From positions 26,970,001 through 27,034,000 of the forward strand of contig CM060732.1 in assembly GCA_030704615.1 (NCBI GenBank): a stretch of DNA of 64,000 nt, read 5' to 3'. The notes beneath the pieces were generated by a model, which made no database searches, was not told the origin of the DNA, and saw only the letters and a program-made list of their open reading frames with translations. Positions 12,913 to 25,808 of this stretch are shown here, piece after piece. The translations under genes were made by a program, and so were the position numbers. This DNA comes from Takakia lepidozioides. Taxonomy: Eukaryota > Plantae > Bryophyta. The first letter of the stretch is position 1. The number at the start of each line of letters is the position of its first letter.

Positions 12913-15900
12913 TCAAAGAGAATCTGGCGGAGCCCCACGCCAGGTGTCCCGCTGCAGAAGAGTGATGACTTCTCCGTAGCCTAGTGTGGCTTGGTGAATG
13001 AATTGGTCTCTCTTACCGTCGCAGCACATAATTATAAGGTATATGTAATATTGATGCTTGCAGGGGACCCACTTCCCTCTCATGCCGAGAGCGCCCTCAC
13101 ACATCCTTACAAAATCCAGACAAATGCACGCAGGGAAATTCCCCACGGTAACCTGATATTCTTTGCCATGAAGAACTGAGCCAGTAGACAACACTGTGTA
13201 AATCCATCCATACCCCGGGGCCGGGACTTCGGTGATACGAGTCACCTGAGCCTGCAAAATTCTAGCCGATTCCATCTTGCAGTCGTGATCTGCACCCGAA
13301 GCGACACAACGCACTGTTTTCCATCTCTTTTTGTTGGGTGGGAGTCGGCACCGGTTGGAGGCATTGCCGGAGCATGTGGCACATCAGTGCCCAGAATGCA
13401 TGAGGGCACCACCCGGGACCGTGCAAGACGGAACCTTCCCTCCTCCAGCATGCTTATCTCGGCTGATGACAGCGACGTTCCAAGTTTCACAGGCCAAATT
13501 GCGGGCGGAGGGGGCTTCATTATCACCAAAGGACGAACTGTTCCTTTGACGCATCGTGCCATATCGTCTGGGCAGAACCAGAACTTCCAGTCATTTGATT
13601 CCCCACTATAATAAGGTCAGAACAAACCTGTGAATGTTGGAGCTGGAGTCCCCCTGGAGCCTTTGCATATTTTTTATTTGCATTTCTTGAAAGAGGGGGT
13701 CCGAATTGCCATGCAAGCCACTCTAGATCTTGGTGGGGTGCGTTCTATATGCCACTCACTGTCAATGCAATCAGATTCATGCACCAAGGACACCACCTCC
13801 TCCAATGGGATTCCTGCTGTTGTGCTTGCATGATTTGCACCTGCTCCACTAGAAGAGGACCCACCTGGGAAGGGGCGGGCACATGACTTAGTCTACACCG
13901 GAGACACCTTTGGTACTGAGAAATTGACCCTATCCGGGCGATGGGAATCTCCATCCGACCCTGGAGGAGTGTTCAATTTCCTTTTGCATGATCCAAATGT
14001 TTCATCGCCTTCCAAATGGGGGACCCTGGATTGCAAAGGGGAGCCTTCAGTGCACCTGTTCAGAGCTCTCGTCATCTTCGATGGGTCGCCGGACCTGCTC
14101 GCAGCCCTTAGCATCAACAAAGTCGTATCAGGGCCCTTGCCTCCGCCCCATCCCATCAGAAAATTGTGGTATCTGGTTTGTTGTGTAAGTGCCCGCACCA
14201 TGTTATCTGCAGTGGCAACATACAAGTCGCGTCTTGCTTTGGTAGACTGCTGCATCCAGGCGTTGTGAACAATCTCCGCCAAATTACACGAAGGCATGTC
14301 GGCCAAGTCCTCCAAGGACATGTCTTGCAGGAGGCAATGCACGCAAATGTGAGGAACGAAAGGAAATGGCAGAGATTCTGCAAGTGACAATTCAACAACC
14401 AAGGAGGAATAGACACGATGCAAAGTAAAATTTGTGTTTCTAGGATTGAAGAGGCTTACCGTCGTCATGAAAGCTCCCCACTGTCTGTACCTGAAGTGCC
14501 AGAAAACCAATCAGTCCTCCAATTCCTTCAGCTGGATCCCAGTAGCAGCACCAGAGGAGAACCACCTGGTAAGTGCTCTCAGCTTCTCCCATCGAGGTGG
14601 CATTTTTGTACTTGAGGCAGAGCCTTCTGTGCTCCAACTGAAGGTCGGGTCGAATGCAGCGCTTTGTATGACGTGCCAGAGATTGACTCCAATGGAAGAG
14701 GCATGTGCGCTCCCTATTTTCCATTGGCACCTTAGGATCCCCTGAACCAAAGACTCGCCGCACTGCATTGAAATTTGTCTGTGCACTATCAGCCATGAAC
14801 CCCGCAAAATTTGTGTTCTGCATTCCATTGCGCTGCATGACGGCCAGAAGAGAATTCCACATGAGCATTTGGGATTCAGTGTCCTCCGACTGCATATCAC
14901 AAATTGCTATGGAGAGCACACGCTGGTACACTGGATCGTAATCATGGCACGCCATGGTTGTCCAACCCTTCACCTGTTTGCAGTGATCAAATATTAACCA
15001 ACATTTCGCCAAATCTCCTCCAGGTTGCATTCGGCGGACAATGCTCACACCACTGCCTTCGCCCACTATGGACATCTTGAACAAATACACCTTGGACGAG
15101 CCCTGGCCAGGGAAGATACTGTTTTGAATGAATTCATAGCGACTCCTCCGTTTGAGGTCCATAATGTTGTCCATGAATCCAGTACTGCCTATGCCCATTC
15201 TGAGTGCATTCACCTGGTTTCGAATATTGGGAGAGCTCAACACGGAGAAATGGTCCATCAATGCATTTAGCGAATTTGCATCCAGCATTGGTTGTGTCGC
15301 ATCCCCTTCACCCAGTATGTGTTTTTCCAGGAATGTCTTGCTAGCTGCAAGGGCTATAGCAGAAGTGTTGCACAAGGGGCATTGTGGAACTCCTGCTTCA
15401 GAAGATTTCTAGCGATATCCACGTTATCCCTGCAACTTCCCTTCGACACAGGATGCTTGTGTGTACCCATATGAATGCAGGCACGAGTCATTGTCTTGCA
15501 CCGGTGTGCCACCTGGTACATACGAGTGTGACGGGGCAAGTTTGCAGAACCTGCACACAAAAGTATTGGTCTTGGGAGGGGCAAGCCCCGGTGTGAAAAG
15601 ATTCAGGGGCACCCCTTCCCCCTCACTTTCGTTTGGTTTAGAGCTGTTTCTCAGGCGAGGGCAAGAAGTATTCACGCACTTGCAATGTCCAACGCAAACC
15701 GACCTTCGAAATTTCAACCCAATGTTGTTGTGGATGTTCGATGTTTTTGTCCTGCACCAAGGGTGTCCGTCATGTTTCTTGTCCATGCCCTGCAGAAGCC
15801 CAGCGAGTCCACTGGAAGACGTGGGAGGGTTGAGCTCAAACAAAATGTCCCCATCAAACTCTGCTGACACATATTGAACCCGCTGCACCCGAAGGGACTC

Positions 15901-16101
15901 CCAATCAACAAAACGCAGCTCGCTCTTGCACCCAGGCACCCCTGCGAGGGCTTTCAATTTCGGAATGACACTCGTTATCTCCTGCAATTTGTCATCATCC
16001 AAGAATGGAGTCTGGACTGGCGGAGGAATCTCAGAAACATCCTCCGAAGACGAGTCTGAAAGAGTCACGAATGTAGTGGATGTGCTCACCTCTTGTTTCA
16101 C
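12913..16101 (-). pseudogene. Mutator-like (MULE) transposase with N-terminal GCM/WRKY-like Zn domain, DDE core and C-terminal SWIM finger; frameshifted
   Basis: In successive minus frames: DGHPWCRTKTSN..FRRSVCVGHCKCVNTSC..CRFC..CIHMGTHKHP; WLIFDH; GFMADSAQTNFNAVRRVFG; TCLFHW (CxxH); SCNLAEIVHNAW; YQVTVGNFPACICLDF..PCKH (CxCxnCxH). Several frame changes and a mutated splice acceptor near 14325. Confidence 0.8.
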
Positions 16102-16559
16102 ATTAACTGTGCTCTTCTACTGCACAACCGATGCTACAGTGCCAGGGGTAACTACTGATCCTACTGATTGTCTTCTCTCTTTTCCAAGGACCCGGTATCT
16201 GCCTGGGAGGACTCTCCACTTCCTCCCACACTCGCCAACCAATGGTTTCTGCAAGTGCCCAGAATCCAAATTCCCATCCTCGTCATACACCTCTTTTTGA
16301 ACAAGCAGAGATACCAATTCCAGAGGGAACACTGTAACCAGCTCATCCTCATGAACAACTGCAAACCCATCCTCATCTGCAGTGGCAGTCAGTGGAAGAC
16401 TACCTACATTGGAATGAAATCGAGCGAGTCTGTCTCCCTCCCTGGACATGTTTTCCTAGACTGAACCAAAGTTGCGATCCACAAAAGGTCCCCCAAACTG
16501 ATAGCCCGTAATTTTTGAGAGAAAGAAAGTGACACAGTAAAGGACATCATAGGACATCA

Positions 16560-17830
16560 TACCTGGCTCCAGTAAGTGGCCTTGTGAAGCCATGTGTCCA
16601 TCATATTGTCACTGACTGGAATGACACGCTGGGTCTTCTTCTCTTTCTCCGGCCTGGGGAACATGTGGGTGTCCCTAACAGTGGGATCGGAGTTCCATAT
16701 CTGCAGCCACTTCACCTTCTGTTCTGAAGACACAATGGCGGTAGACAACCTGTGCAACTTCTCCTGGGCCATCTCCAGCTTGCCTGGCTTGTTGAAATGG
16801 TTTTTCACCACTTGAAGAAACTGTGGTCCGAAGGATGGGTCGGCAATTCTCAACTGCTTCACAGAAGCACTCATTATATTTTTTCTTGTGGTGGTCATCT
16901 CTTGCTTGATGTGACTCTCAACCCCCTTTGTTGTCCTTCTCTCTTCAGGGGTAGAGTTGTAGTATTCTAGTTTGTCACGTTGTCCTGCATCTGCAATGTC
17001 TTACTGCAAGAGAATGCACGACAGATGCATTAACACAAGGGCAAGGGAAACAAACAGAAACAAAGATCTGGAAGCAGGAATATCCAAAGGCCAGATGATG
17101 GAAGATGTATCTCGTGTCGCGTACATATACTCCATGAAAGCCTCACGGGTCAACGAGTACCATGTTTCTGATGTCTTGGAGCTCTCGCACTTCTTGTACA
17201 TCTCTGCTGAAAGGATGGTCTTGAAGTTGCTCAAGGGCATCTGGCCGATCCTCTATATCCTGTAAAGAGTGTGAACCAGACTCATTTAACATGTAGAATG
17301 AGAAACCAACATGTTCACATCATTCATTGCCGTCAGAAGACCCATCATGTTCCCGTCACAATCCAGCACCATCGTTCGAACACAGTAATGCCACTCTTCC
17401 TCCTGTGAGTGCAGCCTCCCAATGACAGCCATCCATGCAAGCAACTGGTGGTTGCCATCTCATACGTGAAACATCTTCCCTGAGAATGCTTGCGTCGAAG
17501 GTTTCCTGGAAAGAAGAAGTTGGAATCCCTAGTAGAAACGTAAAAGATTGCGGATCCATCCAAATACCCATGAACAAACTCGGCCTCCAGCTTCTGGATG
17601 TCCTTGATGAGGGGTGGACGAACGACGGGCATGGAAACCAACCTACACAAGGGAATCTTCAATCTCCCACCCAGGGCAAGCATACTTTGCACCACAAGCT
17701 GTGAATTTACCTTCTGACCCCCCAGCATCTCCGCGGCTTTGCTTTCATAGAACTCATCGTCCACATTAGCAATGATCTCTTTTTCCTGGCCTGAAGGGTT
17801 CTCATCCTCCACCCTTTGTATCTTCTCCTC
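16560..17830 (-). pseudogene. ParB-like domain gene, copy A (N-terminal/central part; homolog of 26655-31537)
   Basis: LKIPLCRLVSMPVVRPPLIKDIQKLEAEFVHGYLDGSAIFYVS; MFHV*DGNHQLLAW (17433-17474); LVHTLYRI; TWYSLT; RIADPSFG; EKLHRLSTA; VSDNMMDTWLHKATYWSQ. These align in order with motifs in the 27440-28770 exons. Contains stops and frameshifts. Confidence 0.8.
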
Positions 17831-17869
17831 CAGGGATACACATTCAAATTGACATAAGAGAGAGGGCAG

Positions 17870-18400
17870 AAACAATGTGCGGTGCCAAACACTGTATAGA
17901 GTTTCAAACACATACATTTTCCGTGTTTTCACAAAGTTTCAAATGTGCTTCAACGTTTCAAAAAGTTTGAAGTTGGCTTCCTATTACATCAAAACATATC
18001 ATAGTACAGGGGCACAAACAGTGTGCAACACCGCACACTGTTCCGTGCTGCCATTTCACCTTCATGGAAGTTTGAGGAACAGGGCATGGTTCACACTTCT
18101 CAACCCCCAAATGAAGAGAGGGGCAAGAAACAGATGAATGGGTTCATTCCAAACAAAAAAAGAACACTTGACAGGGTTTTCAAAAAATGTACCCCAGAGT
18201 GACTCTTCAGTGCTTATAGGTTGATTGAAGCCTGACAGAGTTGGGTGAATAAAATACAAAGGGGCTCAGACAATGTGCGGTGCCGCACATTGTTTGAAGC
18301 TGCCATTTCAAGCCTGATAAAAACAAAAGAAGATCCAAAGTTCTAACCAAAAGAGAGACTTCCAGGGGGGCAGAAACAGTGTGCGGCACCGCACACTGTT
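17870..18400. repeat. Left part of the ACAGTGTGCGGYRCCGCACACTGT palindrome array (split by the CACTA insertion)
   Basis: Four degenerate palindromes near 17872, 18018, 18270 and 18376; the same unit resumes right after 35852. Confidence 0.8.
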
Positions 18401-19779
18401 TCATGATGTCATTTTGCACTCATTGTAGTCTGCCTCAAACAGGGGAATGGACACCTTTCCAAGCAAAAGAAATCGTTCCAGGGGATCTCTAACTGTTTCG
18501 TGATGCCATTTTTCCCGGATTCCAGACATTCTCAAATAGCACACACTAGAGGAAAAACGTGGAATAACCATTGGCCCTTTAACCACTACTGTCTTTTTCC
18601 ACTCTATAAACCACTAGTAACCACTTGCCAGTGGTTAATCCCAATGAAATGCCACGGTGGCATCACAGACAATGGTTGGAAGTGGTTTCAACCACTCAGT
18701 AGTCCACGTGTAATAAATTGTTTTTATTTATTATTATTTATTTGATAATATATTTTAATTAATAAATATAATACTCCACGTGTACGAGTGCAGTGGTACA
18801 TTGTGAGTGGTTATAGACACCTCAGTGATGGGAAGTGGTTGAAACCACTTGCTACTCCACGTGTAATAATTCAAATTTTATTTGTGATTTATGATTTGGA
18901 AATATTTTTTAATTAATTAATATAATATTCCACGTGGACGGGGACAGTGCACGTTGATCTTGAGTGGTTAAAGACACCTCATTGATTTGTACCACTTTGA
19001 CAGTGGTGGAGAGTGGGTGGTGAAAGATACTGCAGTAATTGGAACCACTATTCTAGTGGTTGCTCATGAGTGGTTGCCTACACAACAGTGATTGGTACCA
19101 CTTTTTGGGTGATTCATGAAAAACTTTAAGTGGTTTGTGCAGCTGTGACAGACTTTGAAAAACAGACAAGTGGCCAGACCATCGTGGGATGATGCTATTG
19201 AACAAATGGTTCCAACAATAAACTTTATTCTGAATCTGAAACATATTCTTCACCCTCTGAATCACTTTGCTCAACTGGAATAGCGGTGGGTTGCACAAAT
19301 GCCGCTTGAATGGTAGCCAACATAGCCAAGTCTTCTTTATTTAGAGCCGTGGCACCATCTAATGACCTAGGTATTGGCTGATCTGATAAAATAGACGTCG
19401 ATTGGCACGCCACTCATCACCACATGTCTCTCTATCTGCTGTGAACTGTGCCTTCTCTGTTGCATATTTTTTGTCACAAAATGACAACAAGAATGACACA
19501 TGTTAGCATTGAAGTATTGCATTACTTAGCAAAAAATACCTAGCATGAATGATACTTTGAAAACCACTGTTTCAAACCACTGGAGGAGTGAGCAGAATGA
19601 CTTGTAAATGAACATGTTCTTCCAACAAGTCACTCACTCAGACATTCCGTTACTACAGCACTGGTTATAATCAGGATGAACCACTTACATTTGTGACTTT
19701 GTGGGTGGTTTGATTACACTGGTGACAGTCAGAATTGAAATTGAACTTGATATGAATAAGGTGCAATGAAAAGAAGTAC

Positions 19780-20105
19780 TCACTGCACCCAAGGAGCCAT
19801 GACATTGGTATTGTTCAGCACATACAGAATTTGTCCTGCATCTCTCCCAGCTCCAGTCATGTCCCGCTTTTTGCCGACACCTTCGAAGACCTCGTTCTCA
19901 ACCCCTTCCTCCGCATTTGCATCCCAAGTCCGCCGTTGAGTTGCATCAAATGATTGCATATACTCAGTCATGAACCCCATGGCATCATCAAGAACATACC
20001 CTGCAGCCGTACTCCCTTTTGGCTTTGCGTAATTCCTAACGTATCCCTTAAGATCTTTCATGTAACGCTCCATGGGATACATCCACCGTGAAGACACTGG
20101 ATGAA
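19780..20105 (-). pseudogene. CACTA transposase (TnpD, DUF4218-type region) fragment
   Basis: PVSSRWMYPMERYMKDLKGYVRNYAKPKGS..GYVLDDAMGFMTEY matches the RWMYPxERxxxxLKxYVRN motif of En/Spm transposases. The upstream part of the gene is absent. Confidence 0.88.
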
Positions 20106-20209
20106 CAGTTTTGTTTATCTCCATGGAATACATCTATGTGCTCATTTGTAACCACTAAAATGAATTTTAAAAAAAAAATCAAAGTGCAAAAGATTTTAAA
20201 AAAACACAT

Positions 20210-20595
20210 CGGCTGGTAAGTGCAGAGTGTGTCGCCTTGGTGGTTCAGGGTTCAAACCCGTTGCATTACCCCATGTGTGGGATTGTTTGTGACGACGGTA
20301 TGTCTGGGCGTTGATCCTCCTGTAGGTCTCATGGCCCATAAATGAAAGGGGGTTAATTTTTCCCCCTCCTCAAGGGCATGAGGTTTCCTTTAAATTTTTT
20401 TTAAAAAAACAAAACAAAACAAAAAGTTGCTTATAGGGTTTGTAAAAAGGTTAAAAAACTTAAAAAGTTGCCCATCATGTATGTGCAATATATATATACT
20501 TTTGGGGGGAAATTTCAAATGTGTACATGTAGCGTACTGGTAAGAGCTCTTTCTGCGTATCGCGGGGTCGCGGGTTCTAACTCCTCGCGTTGTTT
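20210..20595 (+). other. Two degenerate tRNA-derived (Pol III box A/box B-like) segments, SINE-head-like
   Basis: GGCTGGTAAG...GGGTTCAAACCC (~20210-20270) and TAGCGTACTGGTAAGAGC...GGGTTCTAACTCC (~20530-20584), with tRNA-like box spacing. Neither gives a convincing cloverleaf. Confidence 0.35.
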
Positions 20596-20654
20596 TTTTT
20601 CCCTCATGCACTAAGCCCCACTAAGCCCTATCGCTGCTGCACACACTAAGTCCT

Positions 20655-23137
20655 CGTGCAGGTTGGTCGTCTTAGCAGGTCGTGTTTCAATCTCTGCTCG
20701 CTCAGCTGCACCGTGGTGGTTCTCATGGACAATCCGACATTACCTGACTACATACACAAGCAGCACACACAAGAGGTCCGTTTGGGTTCATGGTCTGTCA
20801 AATCCTCCATGGGTCATGACACAAGGTCGACGACAATGTGGTGAGGGCACCTTCTTCTTCAACTTATTTCAGCCTGTTTTGCCCTCTCATCAGACTCGGC
20901 CCTGAATTTGCAGCACGGAGCAGAGCTTGCATGAGTTTTTTACAGATCGATGGTGGGACAATCGCAATCGCAAGGTGTGGCTTTTTCTTAATGTAGGATG
21001 TGAAGAAGTTTGTCCATCCTGCAAATGTGGGCTTTTGGCTTCTGTTAGTACCATGATTTGGTATTCTTCTTGATGTTTACAAGGTCATTGGGAGAGTCAG
21101 CTTGGTCTTAGCAGGTCGTGTTTCAATCTCTGCTCGCTTAGCTGCACCATGGTGGTTCTCATGGACCAATGCAATTTTTTTTTTCCCTCAAGCACTAAGC
21201 CCCAGTAAGCCCTATCGTGTTGCGCACTTAAGTCCTCGCTGATGTTTACAAGGTTCTTGGGAGAGTCAGCTTGGTCCAGGGTATGCACGGCATGGACGTG
21301 GGATGGAGGCTTTGGATACCTATGAGCAAATGATGGGGGAAGCACATCATGTTTGTGTGCAATTACAATGCTTGTGCAAGTGTGGCAGCCTTGGAGAAGG
21401 GCAAGAGGTGCATGGGGATATCATGATCAAAGCTGGAATTGTGCCAAATGTCAATCTGAACACTGCCCTGGCAGCTTTGGAAAAGGGGAAAGAGGTCCAT
21501 GGTGTCATCTTCAGAGCTGGAATTCAGATGTCATTCTGAACAATACCCTGGTGAACATGTTTGCAAAATGTGGGTGCATCTAGGATGCAAAGGGAGTGTT
21601 TGACACTATGGCTGAACGAGATGTGGTGTCGTGGAGTGCGATGCTTGCAAGGTATGCACGGCAGGGACGTGGGATGGAGGCTTTGGAGAGCTATGAGCAG
21701 ATGATGGGGGAAGCACATCATGTTTGTGTGCATTTGCAATGCTTGTGCAAGCCTGCCAGCGGGCCTGGAGAAGGGCAAAGAGGTGCATGGGGATATCATC
21801 AAAGCTGGAATTGTACCAAATGTGAATCTGAACACTGCCCTGGCAGCTTTGGAAAAGGGGAAAGAGGTCCATGGCGACATCTTCAGAGCTGGAATTGTAC
21901 CAAATGTTAGTCTGAACCATACCCTGGTGGACATGTATGCGAAATGTGGGTGCATCGAGCCTGGACGAGGGCAAAGAGGTGCATGGGGTATCATCAAAGC
22001 TGGAATTGTACCAAATGTCATTATGAACACTGCCCTGGCAGCTCTGGAAAAAGGGGAAAGAGGTCCATGGCGACATCTTCAGAGCTGGAATTGTACCAAA
22101 TGTCATTCTGAACCATACCCTGGTGGACATGTTTGCAAAATGTGGGTGCATCGAGCCTGGACAAGGGCAAATCGGTGCATGGGGTATCATCAAAGCTGGA
22201 ATTGTACCAAATGTCATTATGAACACTGCCCTGGTAGCTCTGGAAAAAGGGGAAAGAGGTCCATGGCGACATCTTCAGAGTTGGAATTGTACCAAATGTC
22301 ATTCTGAACCATACCCTGGTGGACATGTTTGCAAAATGTGGGTGCAAAGGGATCTAGGATCTAGGATGCAAAGGGAGTGTTCGACACTATGGCTGAACGA
22401 GATGTGGTGTCGTGGAGTGCGATGCTTGCAAGGTATGCACGGCAGGGACGTGGGATGGAGGCTTTGGAGAGCTATGAGCAAAGGATGGGGGAAGCACATC
22501 ATGTTTGTGTGCATTTGCAAATCTTGTGCAAGCCTGGCAGCCCTGGAGAAGGGCAAGAGCTACACGGGGATATCATCAAAGCTGGAATTGTGCCAAATGT
22601 CAATCTGAACACTGCCCTAGCAGCTTTGAAAAAAGGGGAAAGAGGTCCATGGCGGCATCTTCAGAGCTGGAATTGTACCAAATGTCATTCTGAACCATAC
22701 CCTGGTGGACATGTTTGCAAAATGTGGGTGCATCAAGCCTGGACAAGGGCAAAGCGGTGCATGGGGTATCATCAAAGCTGGAATTGTACCAAATGTCATT
22801 ATGAACACTGCCCTGGCAGCTCTGGAAAAAAGGGAAAGAGGTCCATGGCGACATCTTCAGAGCTGGAATTGTACCAAATGTCATTCTGAACCATACCCTG
22901 GTGGACATGTTTGCAAAATGTGGGTGCAAAGGGATCTAGGATCTAGGATGCAAAGGGAGTGTTCGACACTATGGCTGAACGAGATGTGGTGTCGTGGAGT
23001 GCGATGCTTGCAAGGTATGCACGGCAGGGACGTGGGATGGAGGCTTTGGAGAGCTATGAGCAAAGGATGGGGGAAGCACATCATGTTTGTGTACTACATT
23101 TGCAATTCTTGTGCAAGCCTGGCAGCCCTAGAGAAGG
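20655..23137 (+). pseudogene. Tandemly amplified degenerate PLS-class PPR fragments preceded by OSB-type PDF-motif fragments (array 1)
   Basis: Repeated GKEVHGDIIKAGIVPNV.LNTAL, LVDMYAKCGCI and VFDTMAERDVVSWSAMLA.YA.QGRG.EAL with many frameshifts and stops; FFTDRWWDNRNRK at ~20935-20975. Confidence 0.9.
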
Positions 23138-24900
23138 ATGTGGAAATGAGGTTCCGCATTTCCGTCCGGAGTGATACTTTCGATTGTTGTTGGACAGAAA
23201 TACGGCGCCGCATTTCCGTTTTGCATCTAAGTCATGCACCAGTGCAACGGAAAACCGGCATTGAGTTTCCGTCCGGGGGAAACCTTTATACTCTCCAGAA
23301 CTAAAATGCGGTAACGCATTTCCATCCAACAAGCACGGTATGTGAAGGTGGAACGGAAATGCGGTACCGCATTTCCGTTTTGATTGAGAATTATGAACAA
23401 CGGGACTGAAATGCGGCACCGCATTTCCGTCCGAGTCGCACCTTCCGACATACCAGAACGCATGGATCTGACGCATGGAGCTGAGGGATAGAAATGTTGC
23501 ACCGCATTTCCGTCCGGGTGAGACCTTCATACTCTCCAGGACGGAAATACGGTACCGCATTTCCGTCCGAGTCGCACCTTCCGACATTCCAGAACGGAAA
23601 TGCGGCGCCGCATTTCCGTTTTCTACCTGAGGCATGGAGCCGAGTGACGGAAATGCTGCAGCGCATTTCCAACCGGTTAAGACATTCATACTCTCTAGAA
23701 CGGAAATGCGGTACCGCATTTCCATTCTGATTGAGAATTATGAACAACGGGAACTGAAATGCGGCACCGCATTTCCGTCCGAGTCGCACCTTCCGACATT
23801 TCAGAACGGAAATGCGGCGCCGCATTTCCGTTTTGTATCTGAGGCATGGAGCCGAGTGACGGAAATGCTGCAGCGCATTTCCAACCGGTTAAGACCTTCA
23901 TACTCTCCAGAAACGGAAATGCGGTACCGCATTTCCGTTTTGATTGAGAATTATGAACAACGGGACTGAAATGCGGCACCGCATTTCCGTCCGAGTCGCA
24001 CCTTCCGACATTCCAGAATGGAAATGCGGCGTCGCATTTCCGTTTTGTATCTGAGGCATGGAGCCGAGTGACGGAAATGCTGCAGCGCATTTCCAACCGG
24101 TTAAGACATTCATACTCTCCAGAACGGAAATGCGGTACCGCATTTCCGTTTTCTATCTGCGGCATGGAGCGGAGGGACGAAAATTTTGCACCGCATTTCC
24201 GTCCGTTTGAGACCTTCATACTCTCCAGAACGGAAATGCCGTACCGCATTTCCGTTCTGACTGAAAATCGTGAACCATCGGAACTGAAATGCGGCACCGC
24301 ATTTCCGTCCGAGTCGCACCTTCCGACATTCCAGAACGGAAATGCGGCGCCGCATTTCCGTTTTGTATATGAGGCCTGGAGCTGTGGGACGGAAATGCGG
24401 TGCCGCATTCCATCCATGTGAGACCTTCAAACTTTCCAGACCGGAAATGCGGCACCGCATTTCCGTTCAGGTGAGATATTTATACTTTCCCGAACGGAAA
24501 TGTGGCACGGCATTTCCGTTCAGCAACTAAGGTATGTGAAGGTGGAACGGAAATGCGGTACCGCATTTCCGTTCCGATTGAAAATCATGAACCACGGGAA
24601 CTGAAAATGTTGTGCCGCATTTCCGTCCGAATCGCACCTTTCGACATTTCAGAACGGAAATGCGGCGCCGCATTTCCCTTTTATATCTCAGGCATGGAGC
24701 TGTGGGACGGAAATGCGGCACCGTATTTCCGTTCAACAACTAAGGTATGTGAAGGTGGAATGGAAATGCGGTGCCGCATTTTCTTCCAACAAGTACGGAT
24801 GTGTAGCTTCGTGATGGTACTTAACGGAAATGCGGCGCCGCATTTGCATTTTCACTCCAACTCATCAGACGCTGGGACGGAAATGCCTTGAAATGTGAAC
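23138..24900. repeat. Phased array of ~30 GGAAATGCGGYRCCGCATTTCC palindromes, ~53-bp period, ~213-bp higher-order unit
   Basis: Palindromes begin near 23702, 23757, 23809, 23861, 23915, 23968, 24020 and so on. About four spacer types recur (e.g. TTATGAACAACGGGA at 23391, 23738, 23951). Confidence 0.93.
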
Positions 24901-25454
24901 ACGTGGAGCAATGGAATTGCGGCACATGTCTGCACTCTATCTGACTGAAGTGGCATGAGGCGGCGTGGCCTGACCGTTGGATAATGATGTTTGTTTTTCG
25001 GACTGCAGGCGTACCCTGAACGATTCGAATTTCGTAATGACGCAAAGTCCATGAGGAGACACTTTCGTCCAACCCTTTCGAACCCAAGTGGTGCATCACC
25101 GCCGTTTCAGCTTCTTTTGTCGTGTCTCCTCAGTCACCCCTCTCGCGCCCTTTCCATCTGCACTCTTCGCCCATTTTCCCTGTCTCTGTTCTTCTTATGC
25201 TCGAACCTGAGAGGGAGGGAGTGCGTGCACCAGAGAAGAGACATCGTCGCAAGCTTCGAAAATTGTACTTTGGACGTAGGCCAATGCCGAAGGGGAGGAA
25301 GCAGATGCGTCTACAAGAGGAGATTTCCATCTCGCAGCATCAGGCCACGCAGGCAACCCAGCCACCGGTGAGAGCTCCGTGCTATCAGGATTCGCCAGCT
25401 GATCGAGCACCGAAACCCGCCTCATTTTTCTTCTGCAATTCTTAGACTGTATGC

Positions 25455-25808
25455 TAGGAGACTTGAATGCAGAAGATGTTTGCATGCCTAACCGGAAAGG
25501 TGGCACTTTGGCGCTGGAATTGCTGCCAGTGGACCAGGGAGGACAGCACTGGGGAAAACTATATTCGTGGAGTTCACTCCGCTTTTCCAGTGTATGGAGA
25601 CATTCGGCTGAGTTGCGAAGACGAATCGCACGGGCACAGGAGGCCCACAGTGACCTTGTCAATGTATGATGGTGGTATGATTGATGGGCATGACATTGTC
25701 GTCAGCTCCACCAAGGGCACCAGATCGACCGCATTGCAGTTTACCTCGAGGTGCCGCATCAGTAATGAGCTTGTTTTGAGGGCTATCGAAGTTCCGTCGA
25801 CTTGGTGA
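25455..25808 (+). pseudogene. Fragment (C-terminal half) of the unknown protein family also at 32700-33413
   Basis: LWRWNCCQWT..S.GE.Y..GV.S..P.YGDI, LS.(Y/F)DGGMI.GH.IVV, QFT.R and ELVLRA.EVP are shared with ORF 32700-33413. Confidence 0.75.

Noticed and set aside
20523-20595. Functional tRNA gene
   Set aside because: Box A/B-like motifs are present, but the acceptor and anticodon stems do not pair.
23081-24891. Long ORFs across the palindrome array (e.g. 23695-24417)
   Set aside because: These are translations of tandem repeats (EMRCRIS/KCGAAFP/GNAAPHF in all frames), with no coding evidence.
23138-24900. CRISPR array
   Set aside because: Repeat/spacer geometry is similar, but spacers recur in a higher-order pattern, no cas genes are present, and the context is eukaryotic.
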